DNA of 63,305 nt, the filler included, from Saprolegnia diclina VS20 (taxonomy: Eukaryota), in assembly GCF_000281045.1 (NCBI RefSeq). It is 8 parts of one record of this genome, joined end to end, with 100 filler letters (N's around TTAATTAATTAA, not from the genome) between each part and the next. Parts side by side here need not be neighbours in the genome. Positions count along the whole stretch, not along the records: positions 1 to 29,506 come from NW_008246111.1; 7 more parts are not named here. One strand, 5' to 3'. How positions within the stretch are numbered: the stretch's first letter is position 1; every line of letters starts with the position of its first letter. The translations under genes were made by a program, and so were the position numbers. Of the stretch, positions 9,225-20,695 are shown one piece after another. The notes under the pieces were generated by a model. It was not told where the DNA came from. It searched no databases and saw only the letters and a list, made by a program, of their open reading frames with translations.

Positions 9225-12200
9225 CTACATGGCTTCGCCCTCGGCGATCGAATCGAGGTCGACGTCGTGGCCTGCCTTGAGCTGCTTGATGATGGCCTTG
9301 AGCTTGGCGACCTCCTCACTGCGCCATTCAGCGAGTTGAGCAAGAGAGAAGGAGCAACCTGTCCGAGTTCTTGTTGGCATTGTTGGTGATGAGCTTGACC
9401 CGTGACGCGTACGAGAGACTCGTTTGAGTCTCTTCCTACTCGGCAAGTACGATGAGCGCCTTGCGTCGGTGAGAGTCGACCTGGTTATAGTCGGCCGGCG
9501 AAATATTGACAAACATGAGCTAAAGTAACATCGTCGCTGCTTCCTAGTCGTCTCAACGAGTCGTGTACCGTCTTGGCATTGCCACCCAGCGAGTCTTGCA
9601 TGAGTTGCGTGAGCTAACAAGGGGTTCCAGCACCGTAGTTATTCAATGCATACCTTGTTGTTGCGGTATGGAATGAACTTTTCATTGGTCGACAAGGCGG
9701 AAATGACGTCGCCAAGGGCTACTTCCATAGTGCAGGCTCGTCCACTTGATGCGTCGGAACTTACCGCTGAGGCTCTTGTTGATGGCTTGGGCCTCCTTGA
9801 GCCGATCGGCCGTCGCGCCAGTCTTGCCCGCTCGCTCCGAGCCCGCGAGGTCCACGAGGCTGAGCTTGCCCACAGACGTCTACGCGTGCACTCGACTAGT
9901 GCCGATTCTCAAAGTTCAATAGAGGATTCTAGAATACCTTTTTTGTGGTTTTGTTGTAATTTTCAATCAAGATCGTAAACACCGAGTGCGACCGACTGCT
10001 CTCGGCGTTCATCTTGGTCGCACCGACTTGGCGCTTCTTGTTGGCATCTATCCCATATGTTCACTTTCAAACGACAATTTTGTCTCTGGGCGCAGTACGA
10101 TCAAACAATTTGAGCGTTTGGTGGGTGTCGGTACACGGCTTGACAACGATGTTTTGCACGACGACCATGCCCTTGTCGTTCTTCTTGATCTCTAGTTTTG
10201 GCGCCTAGTTTGTAAACCGTTCATGCTTACAACTCGGGCCCGTCAAAAACCTTGTCCGGGTGGTTGTCCAGTTGAAAGAAGAGATCGATGAGCGCATCGT
10301 TGTAGAGCTCCAGCATGTACGCTTCATATGTAATGGTGTTGTTGCCTACACCGCCAAAATATATTTCCAATTGAAATATTGATACAAAGCTTCGACGCAC
10401 CCTTGAGCGCGTCGCCCGATTTGAACATGAGGTCGATGAGTCGTGGTGTGATGCCTGGATGGTCGGCCGTGCCTGAGCCAGACAATAATGATCGCACGCG
10501 GAAGCAGCACACCGCCAGTACCCGTCATGGTGAACGTTTTGCCCGAGCCCGTTTGGCCGTACGCAAAGATGCACACGTTGTACCTGGTTGCAGGTGAGGC
10601 CTTGAAAAATTGATACAAACGCACCCGTCGAGCGCCGACTGCAAGAGGTTCTTTGTATCTTCAAACACTTGGTCCTGCATTCAACTGAGTATGAGGCAAA
10701 ACCACTTGTTTTACCTGTGTGTTGGAGGGATTAAACACTTGGTCGTATGCAAACGACTTGGGGCCGCGCGGCGTCTCGAGTTCCAGCGTATACTAGAGAG
10801 ACTCGTATATCATCGTGTGCGTAGGGTTAGGCGTACCTCGTCGAGAAACTTGACGGCCGAGTGACAGCCACGCTCAAGCTCCGACCCGCTCATGGGGCGA
10901 CACCGACAGTAGACGCGGATCTTGCCCTTCATGTCTTCGATGGTGTTGTAGTACTTTTTTCGCAGCGCTTGTTCTTCCTAGACGACGAGTTAGCACGTTT
11001 GATACCGATCTCTAGTCCTTCTTTGTAATTGTCTTCGAGTTTCGAAAAGGCCCCTTGGAGCGTCGAGAGCTCCTGAGCGGTTTGCGCCGCCGTGGCCTAG
11101 AGGACGATGCAGCGTCATCACCTTACATAGAGCTTACCGCGTCCTGGCGCAGCTTCTCAACTTCGCCTTGGACGTTATTGAGCAGCGTTGCTTTGGTGCT
11201 TAATTCGGTCACTTGAGCGTCGAGCTAGGCGTGTCGCATAGGGCATAGGACAATGCTGTACATGAGGTACCTCGTCGATCTTGGCCGTGAGCGATGTCAC
11301 GTTTGTCGTTGCCGCTTGCAGCTCGTTCCTAGTGGTATACACTCACTATTGAACAGCGCAAGGTACGATCGGATACGCGAGGCTGGCAATGCGCCGCGTC
11401 GCTTGCTTCTCGGCCTCGTCCAACGCAGTTTTGGCCTTCTTCTCCGCATCTTGGAGCTTCTTGTTCAAGAGGCGGCTGTTGGCGTCATCGTCTTTGCCGC
11501 CTTTGCCTACCCAGCATTTCATATCCAAGTAAAAATATCAATGTCTCAACCTCCGAGCGCGGCAGCCGCGTCAGCCTTAGCGAGTGCGTTTTCGAGTTGG
11601 GTGATTTTCACCTTGTCGGCCTACAACATTCTGGAATAACGCATTTTTCCTTGCCGCCGACACAGCACCTTGAGCTTGGACTCCATGGCCTTGAGCTTTT
11701 GCTTGTACTCGTTGAGTATCTTGGTTGTCCCTAAGCAGTCTCTGTATCCATGTCTTACTCGAGTTTGCGATTTGTACCAGCAGGGTTGGGGCTCGGGTCC
11801 GCTGACGCGGCGGCAGCGTCAGCCTAGTCCCATCTCAAATCTGAGTAAGATCCACCACGATCGCAGTCGACCGACCGTCATCAAGTTGAGACGGTCTGTC
11901 TTGGACTGCGGTCGGGGCACAGCTACCACAAGCATGTCGGGGGAAACGGTAGTGCTTCAGCGTACCGATCGGCTCGGCGTCGGCGAGGACGACAAATGCA
12001 TCGAGCTGCTTGCGCAAAGCGACGGCCGCTTTCCCAGGCACGAGGGTCTTGGTCTCGGCAATGGTTTGCTTGATGGCGGCGACGCTCTCAGCGCAGGAGC
12101 TACGGCCACCATGACGATGAGGTGTCGATCATAATGACGTACAGAGGCAGGTCGCAGTCGATAATGTCGTTGCACGCTCTTAGCAGCACGTCGTGGCAGA

Positions 12201-15200
12201 GCACTAGCCACACCCAGCCACATACACCATACTGTCTATACCATTCCTGCTACCTTTGTCACCCTTGTTCCATGCAGCCTTGCCGCTCTCGATCGCAGCC
12301 TTGACACTGGCGAGGCAGGCTGGGAGCGGCGACTAGGACTAGGGTTGGCCCACGTCGTTTTGAACGAATAGACCTCTTTGGGCTCGTCGAGAAGAGGTTC
12401 TACGCCATGTTGACGACAGAACCAGGCGGGATGCCATGCATACCTGGCAGTGACGCCTCGGCGTCGCCCATCGCAGCTACAGACAACGCTAGAAGCTCAA
12501 CAACTGGTGGCTATCCCAACGAGCGCACTGGTATCGTCTGGAGTCGTGTCATCTGGCGTCGAGTCATCTACGGCATGGTGACCCAATTATACAACCCTCG
12601 CCAGTTGTATCCATCTACCGTCGTATTCAGCACTGCGTGACGCATGGTGGGCGCTCTCTTCCTTGGCTACAGACCCATAATTTCATACAGCCCATAAGCA
12701 ACCCACGTGCCTGCAGCGAGCTCGGTCGCGCGCGTCGCGGCGTCGGCTTCGAGCACGCGAATACGGTCGTAGAGCGTATCAACATTGTCTATGCAAGGAT
12801 GGGCATTATTGTCATGGATAGACGCTGCATGTACGCTGGAGATCCGCTTGGGCGTGCTGCGCGTCGTCCAAAGCGGCTTGCAACGCCGCTTCCTACACGC
12901 AACTCTGACCGCATTATTCAGACTCCAGCTTGGCTGCCTTGGCTACGTCGTGCACCACCTCCTATCAACATTACTATAGATAAGGCCTGTCGACACCCAG
13001 CAAAGGGTCCACCTTTGTTGCTTGCTCGAGACCCGTCGGTGCTTGCACAGAAGTGGGCTGCACCTACATCTTCTGTCGTGCAACACAGTCGTACTACGCA
13101 CGGCTACCGCTTCCGAGCTCGACGAGTTTGCCACTAGACGGTCAGTCGCTGTCGTTGTCGATGTTGCTGGCATCACGTCCGCCGTGCCAAGGCTGTTGGG
13201 CTCGGACGCCGACGCGTGGAGCTGCGCATTGGCTTGAGCGACTTGGAGCTGCGCTGAGAGCTCCTCGACGCGCTTTTGCAGCGCTGTCATGGCCTCCTAT
13301 CCATCTCATCGTGGAGCACCCTGCGATACAAGGCATGCAGGGCTACGTTGGTGCGCGGCGGAACGTGCGGCGTCGACGCGCGGCCGCTGCGGTCGACGAG
13401 CGCCGGCGTGACAGGCTTGTGCAACGCAACGTCGAGCCGCCGCTGGGTGTCATCGAGCGCCGCGCGCAGGTGGGCCACCTACGACCAATGTCGGTTGTCA
13501 TACTTCGAACCCATGACGCTACCAGTGTGTGGTGAGGAAACGTCTGCATCGTCTGGCTCGACTGCAGCGTCTCGACTTCGGCCAACTTTGCCGTGTAGAG
13601 CTGCTTTTGCGCATTGAGTTGCTACTCGACTAAGTTGTACACAATCTCTAGTACGATAGTCGAACCTCGCGCGACCGGTTGTACTGCTCTTCGGCTTGCT
13701 TGAAGGCGATGTACATGTCTTTGACCTGCGCCTTGTCTTGAATCGACGGCTCCCGGTGGTTGGTCGCTTCAAAGTCGGCGAGCCAATCTACATGGTTGGC
13801 GCTATTCCTAGTTTTGTTAAAAACGGTGGTGGACCTTTGATGGCTTGCTTGGCCGCTGTCTTCTTGTGGTGCAGGTCCGATGTGGTCGCTATATACGTGG
13901 TATATCTACAGACAATATTGTACATAACCTAATATACTCTTGAGCGCCTCGGCCGTGTCGCGAAGGGCCTCCATGTCCAACTCGCACGCAATCAAATGGT
14001 CGTACTCGGGCGGGATCTAGTTGACACCCAAGATTGATACCTTGATACGAACCGGACGTTGTGCTACGTGGATCGACGCGGGCGGGCGCAAGAGAGGTAG
14101 CGACGGCGAGGGCGACACGCGTGTGGGTTCGATACGTGTGACGACCGGCGTGTTGTGGGCTATGCAACCACTTGAGCGCGACGACAGCGCGAGTCGGACG
14201 CTACCTGCGTGTGCACAGGCCGTTTCCAGCACGAGCTGGTCGAGCACGTCACGGACGATCTGCGCTTCACACACGTCGCGCGTGTGCTCGGCGGCGCGAA
14301 GCTGGTGCCGCAACGCTTCCTCGCAGCGCTACTCGATGCAGCAAACGATGGACGATACGCCTGCCTAGGTGCGTGTACCTTGGCCGCCACGAGAGCCGTC
14401 TGCGCCTCAGAGGCTTCGTTCTGGACAAGGTCGAGGATCGTTTGTGTCTCTTGGCAAATGACATCTTTGGGCTCGGACGGCCGGCGCGGCGTGGGCGAGA
14501 CGATCGCGCTTCGCGGCGTCTCGGTCGCCGTCATTTGATGCACGCCGAGAGGGCGATCGAGCAGCGCGACCTGCCAACACAAGTCGGAGACGACCTGCGC
14601 CACGTGCAGTGCAATGGCCTTGTCCTACGAGACGGGGTTGTGAAGAGCAGGAGGCGGGACGCTTTGTACGATGTGAGCACTCGCCACTTGGTCCATCTGC
14701 TGATGCTTGGCGGTCGCCGTGACCGCCATCAGCGTCGCTTCGAGCTCCACACAGCGCGCCGCATCGTCTTCCGAGCTACGGACAAGGACGTTGGATGAAG
14801 AAAAGTCATGCTTCCGGACGAACCGCATGTGCAGCCAGCGGTAGGCCTGCTCCAACGTCGCCGTTTTGGCCAGCCATAGCTCGCGTAGTCGAGTCTGCTC
14901 CACCTCGTAGGCTACAAAACCGGGCCAACGGCAAGGTCCAAAGGCCCCCAAACGGTACCTCTTTTAAGCGACCCGAGCTCGAGTGCTTGGTCGACGAGCA
15001 GTGTCTCGCGCTCCGACTGGTACATGGCGAGCATCTGGACTTGCCGGTCGTGCTAGATGGCAAACTCTGGTATGCGTGGTTCAGAATGGAAGCCTACCAT
15101 GTCACGTGCACTGGCTTCGAGACTCTCAATGTGGGCGGTCGCCACTTTGCGTTCGGCGTCTACATACAGTGGATAGAGATGATTCTGTTTGGATGGAGAG

Positions 15201-15759
15201 TACCAGTCTCGAGCCGCAGCTGCGCGTACTGCTGCTTCTGGGTCTGAACGCGCTCCAGCGCGCGCCTAGAAGCCATGACGACGACGCAGCATATGGCGTC
15301 GGTACCGCTTGATGTCGAGGACGAAGGCCTCGTAATGCTGCTTGGTCGACGCTTCAATGGCCCTACGCATGCGTCGTTCGCTCAAGCGTCATGGCAGCGC
15401 GTAGCTTACGCGTAGCGATCCATGATGGCTTGGACCTTCTCCTGCTGCCGCGCCTTCATCTCGTGCATGTCATCGACCACGCGCTGCAGCGACTGCCTAC
15501 CCTAGCACGTGTGCATTCACCGCCGTCGAATCGGTCGCACCGTGCGAGCTGGACAGGGATGTAGGACTCTTCCTTCTCGCCGGCGCCGACACTGATGCTG
15601 GCGTCCTACGTGGCCGCTCGCATCGATCGATAGCCGGCCTTCTACCTGGAACGAAGCCTTCCATGGGTCCGTGGCGACCTTACCGACTTGAAACGCGGTT
15701 GTCTTGGGCGCGTCGGAGCTCGGCGCCGGCCCGAGGCTCGGTCGGACCTCTGCCTTCAT
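9225..15759 (-). CDS. kinesin-14 with C-terminal motor (KCBP/kinesin-C-like) and long coiled-coil N-terminus; about 40 or more short introns
   Basis: Spliced motifs: neck [28 protein letters not shown]-loop [41 protein letters not shown] and [20 protein letters not shown]. The frame was followed by hand from the stop at 9225 to ~13900; the 5' exons up to ATG 15759 are less certain. Confidence 0.85.
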
Positions 15760-16052
15760 CCCGCGGTATCTTTCTGCCGATGGAAATGGTGTCAAAACAC
15801 GTAGGACCGTGTCAAAAAGGGGTATAAGATTGTCACCCGTCGCAAAAGAGGGTGCATGACGTGGCACACGGTGCGAGTGTGCAACACATGCTCGTCCTTC
15901 CTGCGGCGTCAACGACGGAGGTCAGCGCTCGATCATCCATAGCGAGAGCTCGGCTTACACAGGCGGAGCTGCTCGGACGGGTCAAACACTCGGGGAGCGG
16001 CGGCGCAGCCAAGAACGTCAGTCAGAGTCAAACTGGTCGTCGCGTCTTTCAA

Positions 16053-16490
16053 GTTGTTGCAGTGGGTCGTCTATTAAAATAGATACGTAAATCTGCGCTA
16101 AATAAAATTGTCGGACTTTCTTCGTTGTGTAGGCGCTGGTGTTGATCTTGATCTAGGCCGGCGGAGGCAGGAGCGCGATCCGCGGGACAAGGTGCTGGCG
16201 CGGCCACTCGTGTTGAGCGAGGAGCCGGAGAAGGCGACGTAGAGCCATCTGCCCGGGATTTTGAACGAAGCTGTGGTGCAAGTGCATTTGAGCGACACGC
16301 GCGGCCTTGATGGCAATTGTCCATGGACTTGGCAGGTCGGCGCGAGATCGTTGCGGACGTTGAACCAGACGCAGGCGCGGAGCACGGGCCAGAGGTAGCT
16401 CGGTGCATGTTGGAGGCCGGCTTTGGAGTAGAGGTAGCCCGAGAGTGTTGTTGGCAAGACTTCACCCAAGGGGGCCGTGACCGCATGCAG
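16053..16490 (-). mobile_element. 3' remnant of a non-LTR retrotransposon (ORF2 C-terminus, 3'UTR, short CAA tail)
   Basis: Frameshifted YLWPVLRACVWFNVRND...DLPSPWTIAIKAARVAQMHLHH...HLVPRIALLPPPA* resembles the W..RN C-terminus of L1/Tx1-type ORF2. The last 152 bp match the TSD-flanked copy at 20696-20856. The 5' boundary is approximate. Confidence 0.6.
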
Positions 16491-16829
16491 ACTGGTCGTC
16501 GTTGTGTCTACATGCAGTCAAGAAGGTGTGGTTCTTGTCGACTTACTTCCGTCTAGCGGTTCAGGCACTGGTACCGCCAGGTATAAAATTGTACTATGGG
16601 ACATGGCCGACGAGACTCTTATCAGGCTTGTTGCCCTCCTTATCACCTGACGTCCGCGAGAGCAGCGTAGGACACACGATGCCACATCAAGCGGTGCCAA
16701 AGGATGTGGTCGCGGCTTCAGGATGCGCTAGCGTGGTCCGTGGGATCGACTCGTGCTTGGCACATCCTTGGGGTGTGGGATACTACCTCGCGCCGTGCTC
16801 TTCACCCGTCGCTACGTTTATCGTGCAAT

Positions 16830-17360
16830 ATGCGTCATGACGAACGCGAGGGCGGCTGCTTCCTCGCCATGGTGCTTGTGATCGTGCTGAGCGTCCTTGT
16901 GGCGGACGCCATGACCGAGCCCGACCAAATCCTTTTGCAAACGACAGCAAGTACCGCGTCCTGCTTTGCGCTGGTGATTGCATCGTCCAGCGACCTGCAG
17001 CAAGTTCGTTTCTGCGCCCCGTCGTCGTCGTATGTTCAGCACCCGTTCACGCTGCTCGCCAAGAAGAAAGCCAACCTTCTCTGGCTGCGCCTCGACCTTC
17101 CCTCCAATGTGTGCTTTGGCTCGCTCACGCTTCTCTCCAAAGTGTTTGGCCCGACGCGCGCCTTCCACCTCGATAGCGCCAAGGTTCGTGACGTCCTTGC
17201 GCCAAGTACTTGGACGAAATGCAACATTACGGCCACGGCCGGGGCGGGCATTGCATTTGAAGCCAACATGACCATCTTGATCGATCGCATGTACCTTAAC
17301 AATGGATCCATGAACGGCCTCACGATCCTCCCGACGCCACTCGCGACGCCAAGTCGATAG
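16830..17360 (+). CDS. uncharacterised N-terminally anchored/secreted protein (4 conserved Cys), family copy 1
   Basis: N-terminal hydrophobic helix (CFLAMVLVIVLSVLVA); alignable along its length to 19700..20269. Confidence 0.6.
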   Translation: MRHDEREGGCFLAMVLVIVLSVLVADAMTEPDQILLQTTASTASCFALVIASSSDLQQVRFCAPSSSYVQHPFTLLAKKKANLLWLRLDLPSNVCFGSLTLLSKVFGPTRAFHLDSAKVRDVLAPSTWTKCNITATAGAGIAFEANMTILIDRMYLNNGSMNGLTILPTPLATPSR

Positions 17361-17658
17361 TGCTGTGCCAGCGGTAGAACATAAACCGCTAACGAATTTG
17401 TGTATCCTCAACTGGTATCTATGCAGGCGTGACTCGACCGTTCGAGGTGTTGGCTCCATGCTTCGTAGTGTCGTCCNNNNNNNNNNNNNNNNNNNNNNNN
17501 NNNNNNNNNNNNNNNNNNNNNNNNNNNNNNNNNNNNNNNNNNNNNNNNNNNNNNNNNNNNNNNNNNNNNNNNNNNNGCTCGGACGGGTCAAACACTCGGG
17601 GAGCGGCGGCGCAGCCAAGAACGTCAGTCAGAGTCAAACTGGTCGTCGCGTCTTTCAA

Positions 17659-18086
17659 GTTGTTGCAGTGCGTCGTCTATTAAAATCGATACGTAAATCT
17701 GCGCTAAATGAAATTGTCGGACTTTCTTCGTAGTGTAGGCGCTGGTGTTGATCTTGATCTAGGCCGGCGGAGGCAGGAGCGCGATCCGCGGGACAAGGTG
17801 CTGGCGTGTTGAGCGAGGAGCCGGAGAAGGCGACGTAGAGCCATCTGCCCGGGATTTTGAACGAAACTGTGGTGCAAGTGCATTTGAGCGACACGCGCCG
17901 CCTTGACGGCAATCGTCCATGGACTTGGCAGGTCGGCGCGAGATCGTTGCGGACGTTGAACCAGACGCAGGCGCGGAGCACGGGCCAGAGGTAGCTCGGT
18001 GCATGTTGGAGGCCGCCTTTGGAGTAGAGGTAGCCCGAGAGTGTTGTTGGCAAGACTTCATCCAAGGGGGCCGTGACCGCATGCAG
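17659..18086 (-). mobile_element. second copy of the non-LTR retrotransposon remnant (inside the duplicated block)
   Basis: Duplicate of 16053-16490 with SNPs and a 10-bp deletion. Confidence 0.55.
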
Positions 18087-18425
18087 ACTGGCCGTCGTTG
18101 TGTCTACATGCAGTCAAGAAGGTGTGGTTCTTGTCGACTTACTTCCGTCTAGCGGTTCAGGCACTGGTACCGCCAGGTATAAAATTGTACTATGGGACAT
18201 GGCCGACGAGACTCTTGTCAGGCTTGTTGCCCTCCTTATCACCTGACGTCCGCGAGAGCAGCGTAGGACACACGATGCCACATCAAGCGGTGCCAAAGGA
18301 TGTGGTCGCGGCTTCAGGATGCGCTAGCGTGGTCCGTGGGATCGACTCGTGCTTGGCACATCCTTGGGGTGTGGGATACTACCTCGCGCCGTGCTCTTCA
18401 CCCGTCGCTACGTTTATCGTGCAAT

Positions 18426-18956
18426 ATGCGTCATGACGAACGCGAGGGCGGCTGCTTCCTCGCCATGGTGCTTGTGATCGTGCTGAGCGTCCTTGTGGCG
18501 GACGCCATGACCGAGCCCGACCAAATCCTTTTGCAAACGACAGCAAGTACCGCGTCCTGCTTTGCGCTGGTGATTGCATCGTCCAGCGACCTGCAGCAAG
18601 TTCGTTTCTGCGCCCCGTCGTCGTCGTATGTTCAGCACCCGTTCACGCTGCTCGCCAAGAAGAAAGCCAACCTTCTCTGGCTGCGCCTCGACCTTCCCTC
18701 CAATGTGTGCTTTGGCTCGCTCACGCTTCTCTCCAAAGTGTTTGGCCCGACGCGCGCCTTCCACCTCGATAGCGCCAAGGTTCGTGACGTCCTTGCGCCA
18801 AGTACTTGGACGAAATGCAACATTACGGCCACGGCCGGGGCGGGCATTGCATTTGAAGCCAACATGACCATCTTGATCGATCGCATGTACCTTAACAATG
18901 GATCCATGAACGGCCTCACGATCCTCCCGACGCCACTCGCGACGCCAAGTCGATAG
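18426..18956 (+). CDS. identical duplicate of 16830..17360
   Basis: Translation identical to copy 1 in the ORF track. Confidence 0.55.
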   Translation: MRHDEREGGCFLAMVLVIVLSVLVADAMTEPDQILLQTTASTASCFALVIASSSDLQQVRFCAPSSSYVQHPFTLLAKKKANLLWLRLDLPSNVCFGSLTLLSKVFGPTRAFHLDSAKVRDVLAPSTWTKCNITATAGAGIAFEANMTILIDRMYLNNGSMNGLTILPTPLATPSR

Positions 18957-19699
18957 TGCTGTGCCAGCGGTAGAACATAAACCGCTAACGAATTTGTGTA
19001 TCCTCAACTGGTATCTATGCAGACGTGACTCGACCGTTCGAGGTGTTGGCTCCATGCTTCGTAGTGTCGTCCAAATTCTTGTGGCGCTTGGTCGCTGGTG
19101 TCTCCACGTCATCTATACAAGAATGCGGATTGGTGGCAAGCTCTAAAGATGACCAGCAACGTACTGTGCGAGGGTGGTAGGATCGCGTTCGCTTCCTCAA
19201 GGAGCGGTGACGTGGGCATAGTCAAATCAAGATTCCGATTTCAATTGGGTGCGAAAAGCGTTCAGTTGTCCAGCTCACTTGCTCTGTCGATGGCATTCTC
19301 AGGTGGTCCTCGTTGCACAGTACCAGTACGTTGGCACACAAACTTTCTTCGTACAGTGAACCGCCTGCCAGTAGCCCTGCCGAGGCTAGAACGGGCGACG
19401 TGGAACCCTGGACGACGCCGGGGTAAGCGGCTCTGATCCAGTGACGTCGACGGTAGAGGGCTGAGTCAACCTTCAAAATCTCTTCTATTTGTATGCCTGT
19501 CATATCTGATATTCGGAGAAATCTCATTAAACGATTTTGTGTAGTATAAAACCTCCTTCTACGCATACCCTGTATATTTACATGTTGAGTGTATCACTCG
19601 ATTGGCAGCTGGGGCGATCAGACAAGCTGGCAGCTGGATCTCGACTTGCACCCTCATCCAGGCGATAGGTGCATCGTCGTCAGTTTTCAAAGTGCACTC

Positions 19700-20269
19700 A
19701 TGGCGCCGTCCTGGTGCCGGATCTTCCTGGTCCAAGTCGGCTTCACCGTCCTCATCTTTGGCTCGATCATTGGCTTGTACGCCGCCCAGTTTACGCCCGA
19801 CACGATCGTGCTCGAGTCGTCGCCAGCATCGTCCTGCTTTGCGCTGAGCATGGCCCACGCCGACGCGTCCGCCGACACCTATGATTTTTGCGACCCGAGC
19901 CCGCTTTTGCAGCAGCAGCACGTCCGGCTCCGCGAGCGCGACACCATTCGCTCCATGGCCCTCCGCATCCCCAAACAGCGCTGCTTTGTACTGCTGTACG
20001 TGCAGGCGCGGCCCATTTTTCGTAATCCGACGGTCTACGTCTACCTCAATGCGTCGACGATGGGCGCGGCCATGGCGCGCAAGCACGGCGACGCAATGCC
20101 ATTTGAGAATTGCACGCTCGCCAACAGCTTGGACAAGCGCTTTGGCATTCGCTCGATCGCGCACGACCTTGTTGTGACGATTGACGCCAGCTTTTGGACG
20201 TCGAATGGCACGCACGTCGACGCCTTGTCGTTTAGTACTACCCCGTCCGAGTCAAGCGTAGTTGTTTAG
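19700..20269 (+). CDS. uncharacterised type II membrane/secreted protein, divergent paralog of 16830..17360
   Basis: TM helix (IFLVQVGFTVLIFGSIIGLYAA); shared motifs PDxIxL..SCFAL, FCxPS, PxxxCF, C-x-(I/L), IDxxxxxNG. Confidence 0.65.
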   Translation: MAPSWCRIFLVQVGFTVLIFGSIIGLYAAQFTPDTIVLESSPASSCFALSMAHADASADTYDFCDPSPLLQQQHVRLRERDTIRSMALRIPKQRCFVLLYVQARPIFRNPTVYVYLNASTMGAAMARKHGDAMPFENCTLANSLDKRFGIRSIAHDLVVTIDASFWTSNGTHVDALSFSTTPSESSVVV

Positions 20270-20695
20270 TTCATTTCTTAAATTATTTTAGCCTTGTCGT
20301 CATTGTCTTGTCGATCGGCCGGCACCGCGACTCCAGTCGCAGTCTCTCGAGGACCTTGCACCCTGCATAGTTTTGCCGCCGATCGCGACGCCTGGAAGGA
20401 ATTGACAGAGCTTGTCGGCGTGGGTCTCACACGCGGCCGCAAATGCCCTTGGGCGACGACAGAAGAGCAAGAGGCGCGGCCACCGCCCGGTGAGCGAATG
20501 TAGAAGAAGATTGCTAGTCGCTATGCAAAGTCTTTTCAACAACGAAGACAGTGCAAAACACCTGCATATAGGCAATCGTCGTTGTCGCGCACAACCCGTG
20601 CATCGCTACTACTACAAAGTTAGTAGCAATTATGGCATCACGTGGCCGAGCACCACTTGACAGGGGATCAATCGACTAAACAAATTGTACATTCT

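Larger units (their letters stand above)
15971..19072. repeat. near-identical direct duplication (15971-17476 and 17577-19072) separated by a 100-N gap
   Basis: About a dozen SNPs and one 10-bp indel, almost all in the first ~650 bp. The coding part is identical in both copies. Confidence 0.95.

Noticed and set aside
12893..12946. Possible second GC-AG intron in the kinesin (AAG|GCAGCC)
   Set aside because: An in-frame GT donor 9 nt upstream explains the junction equally well.
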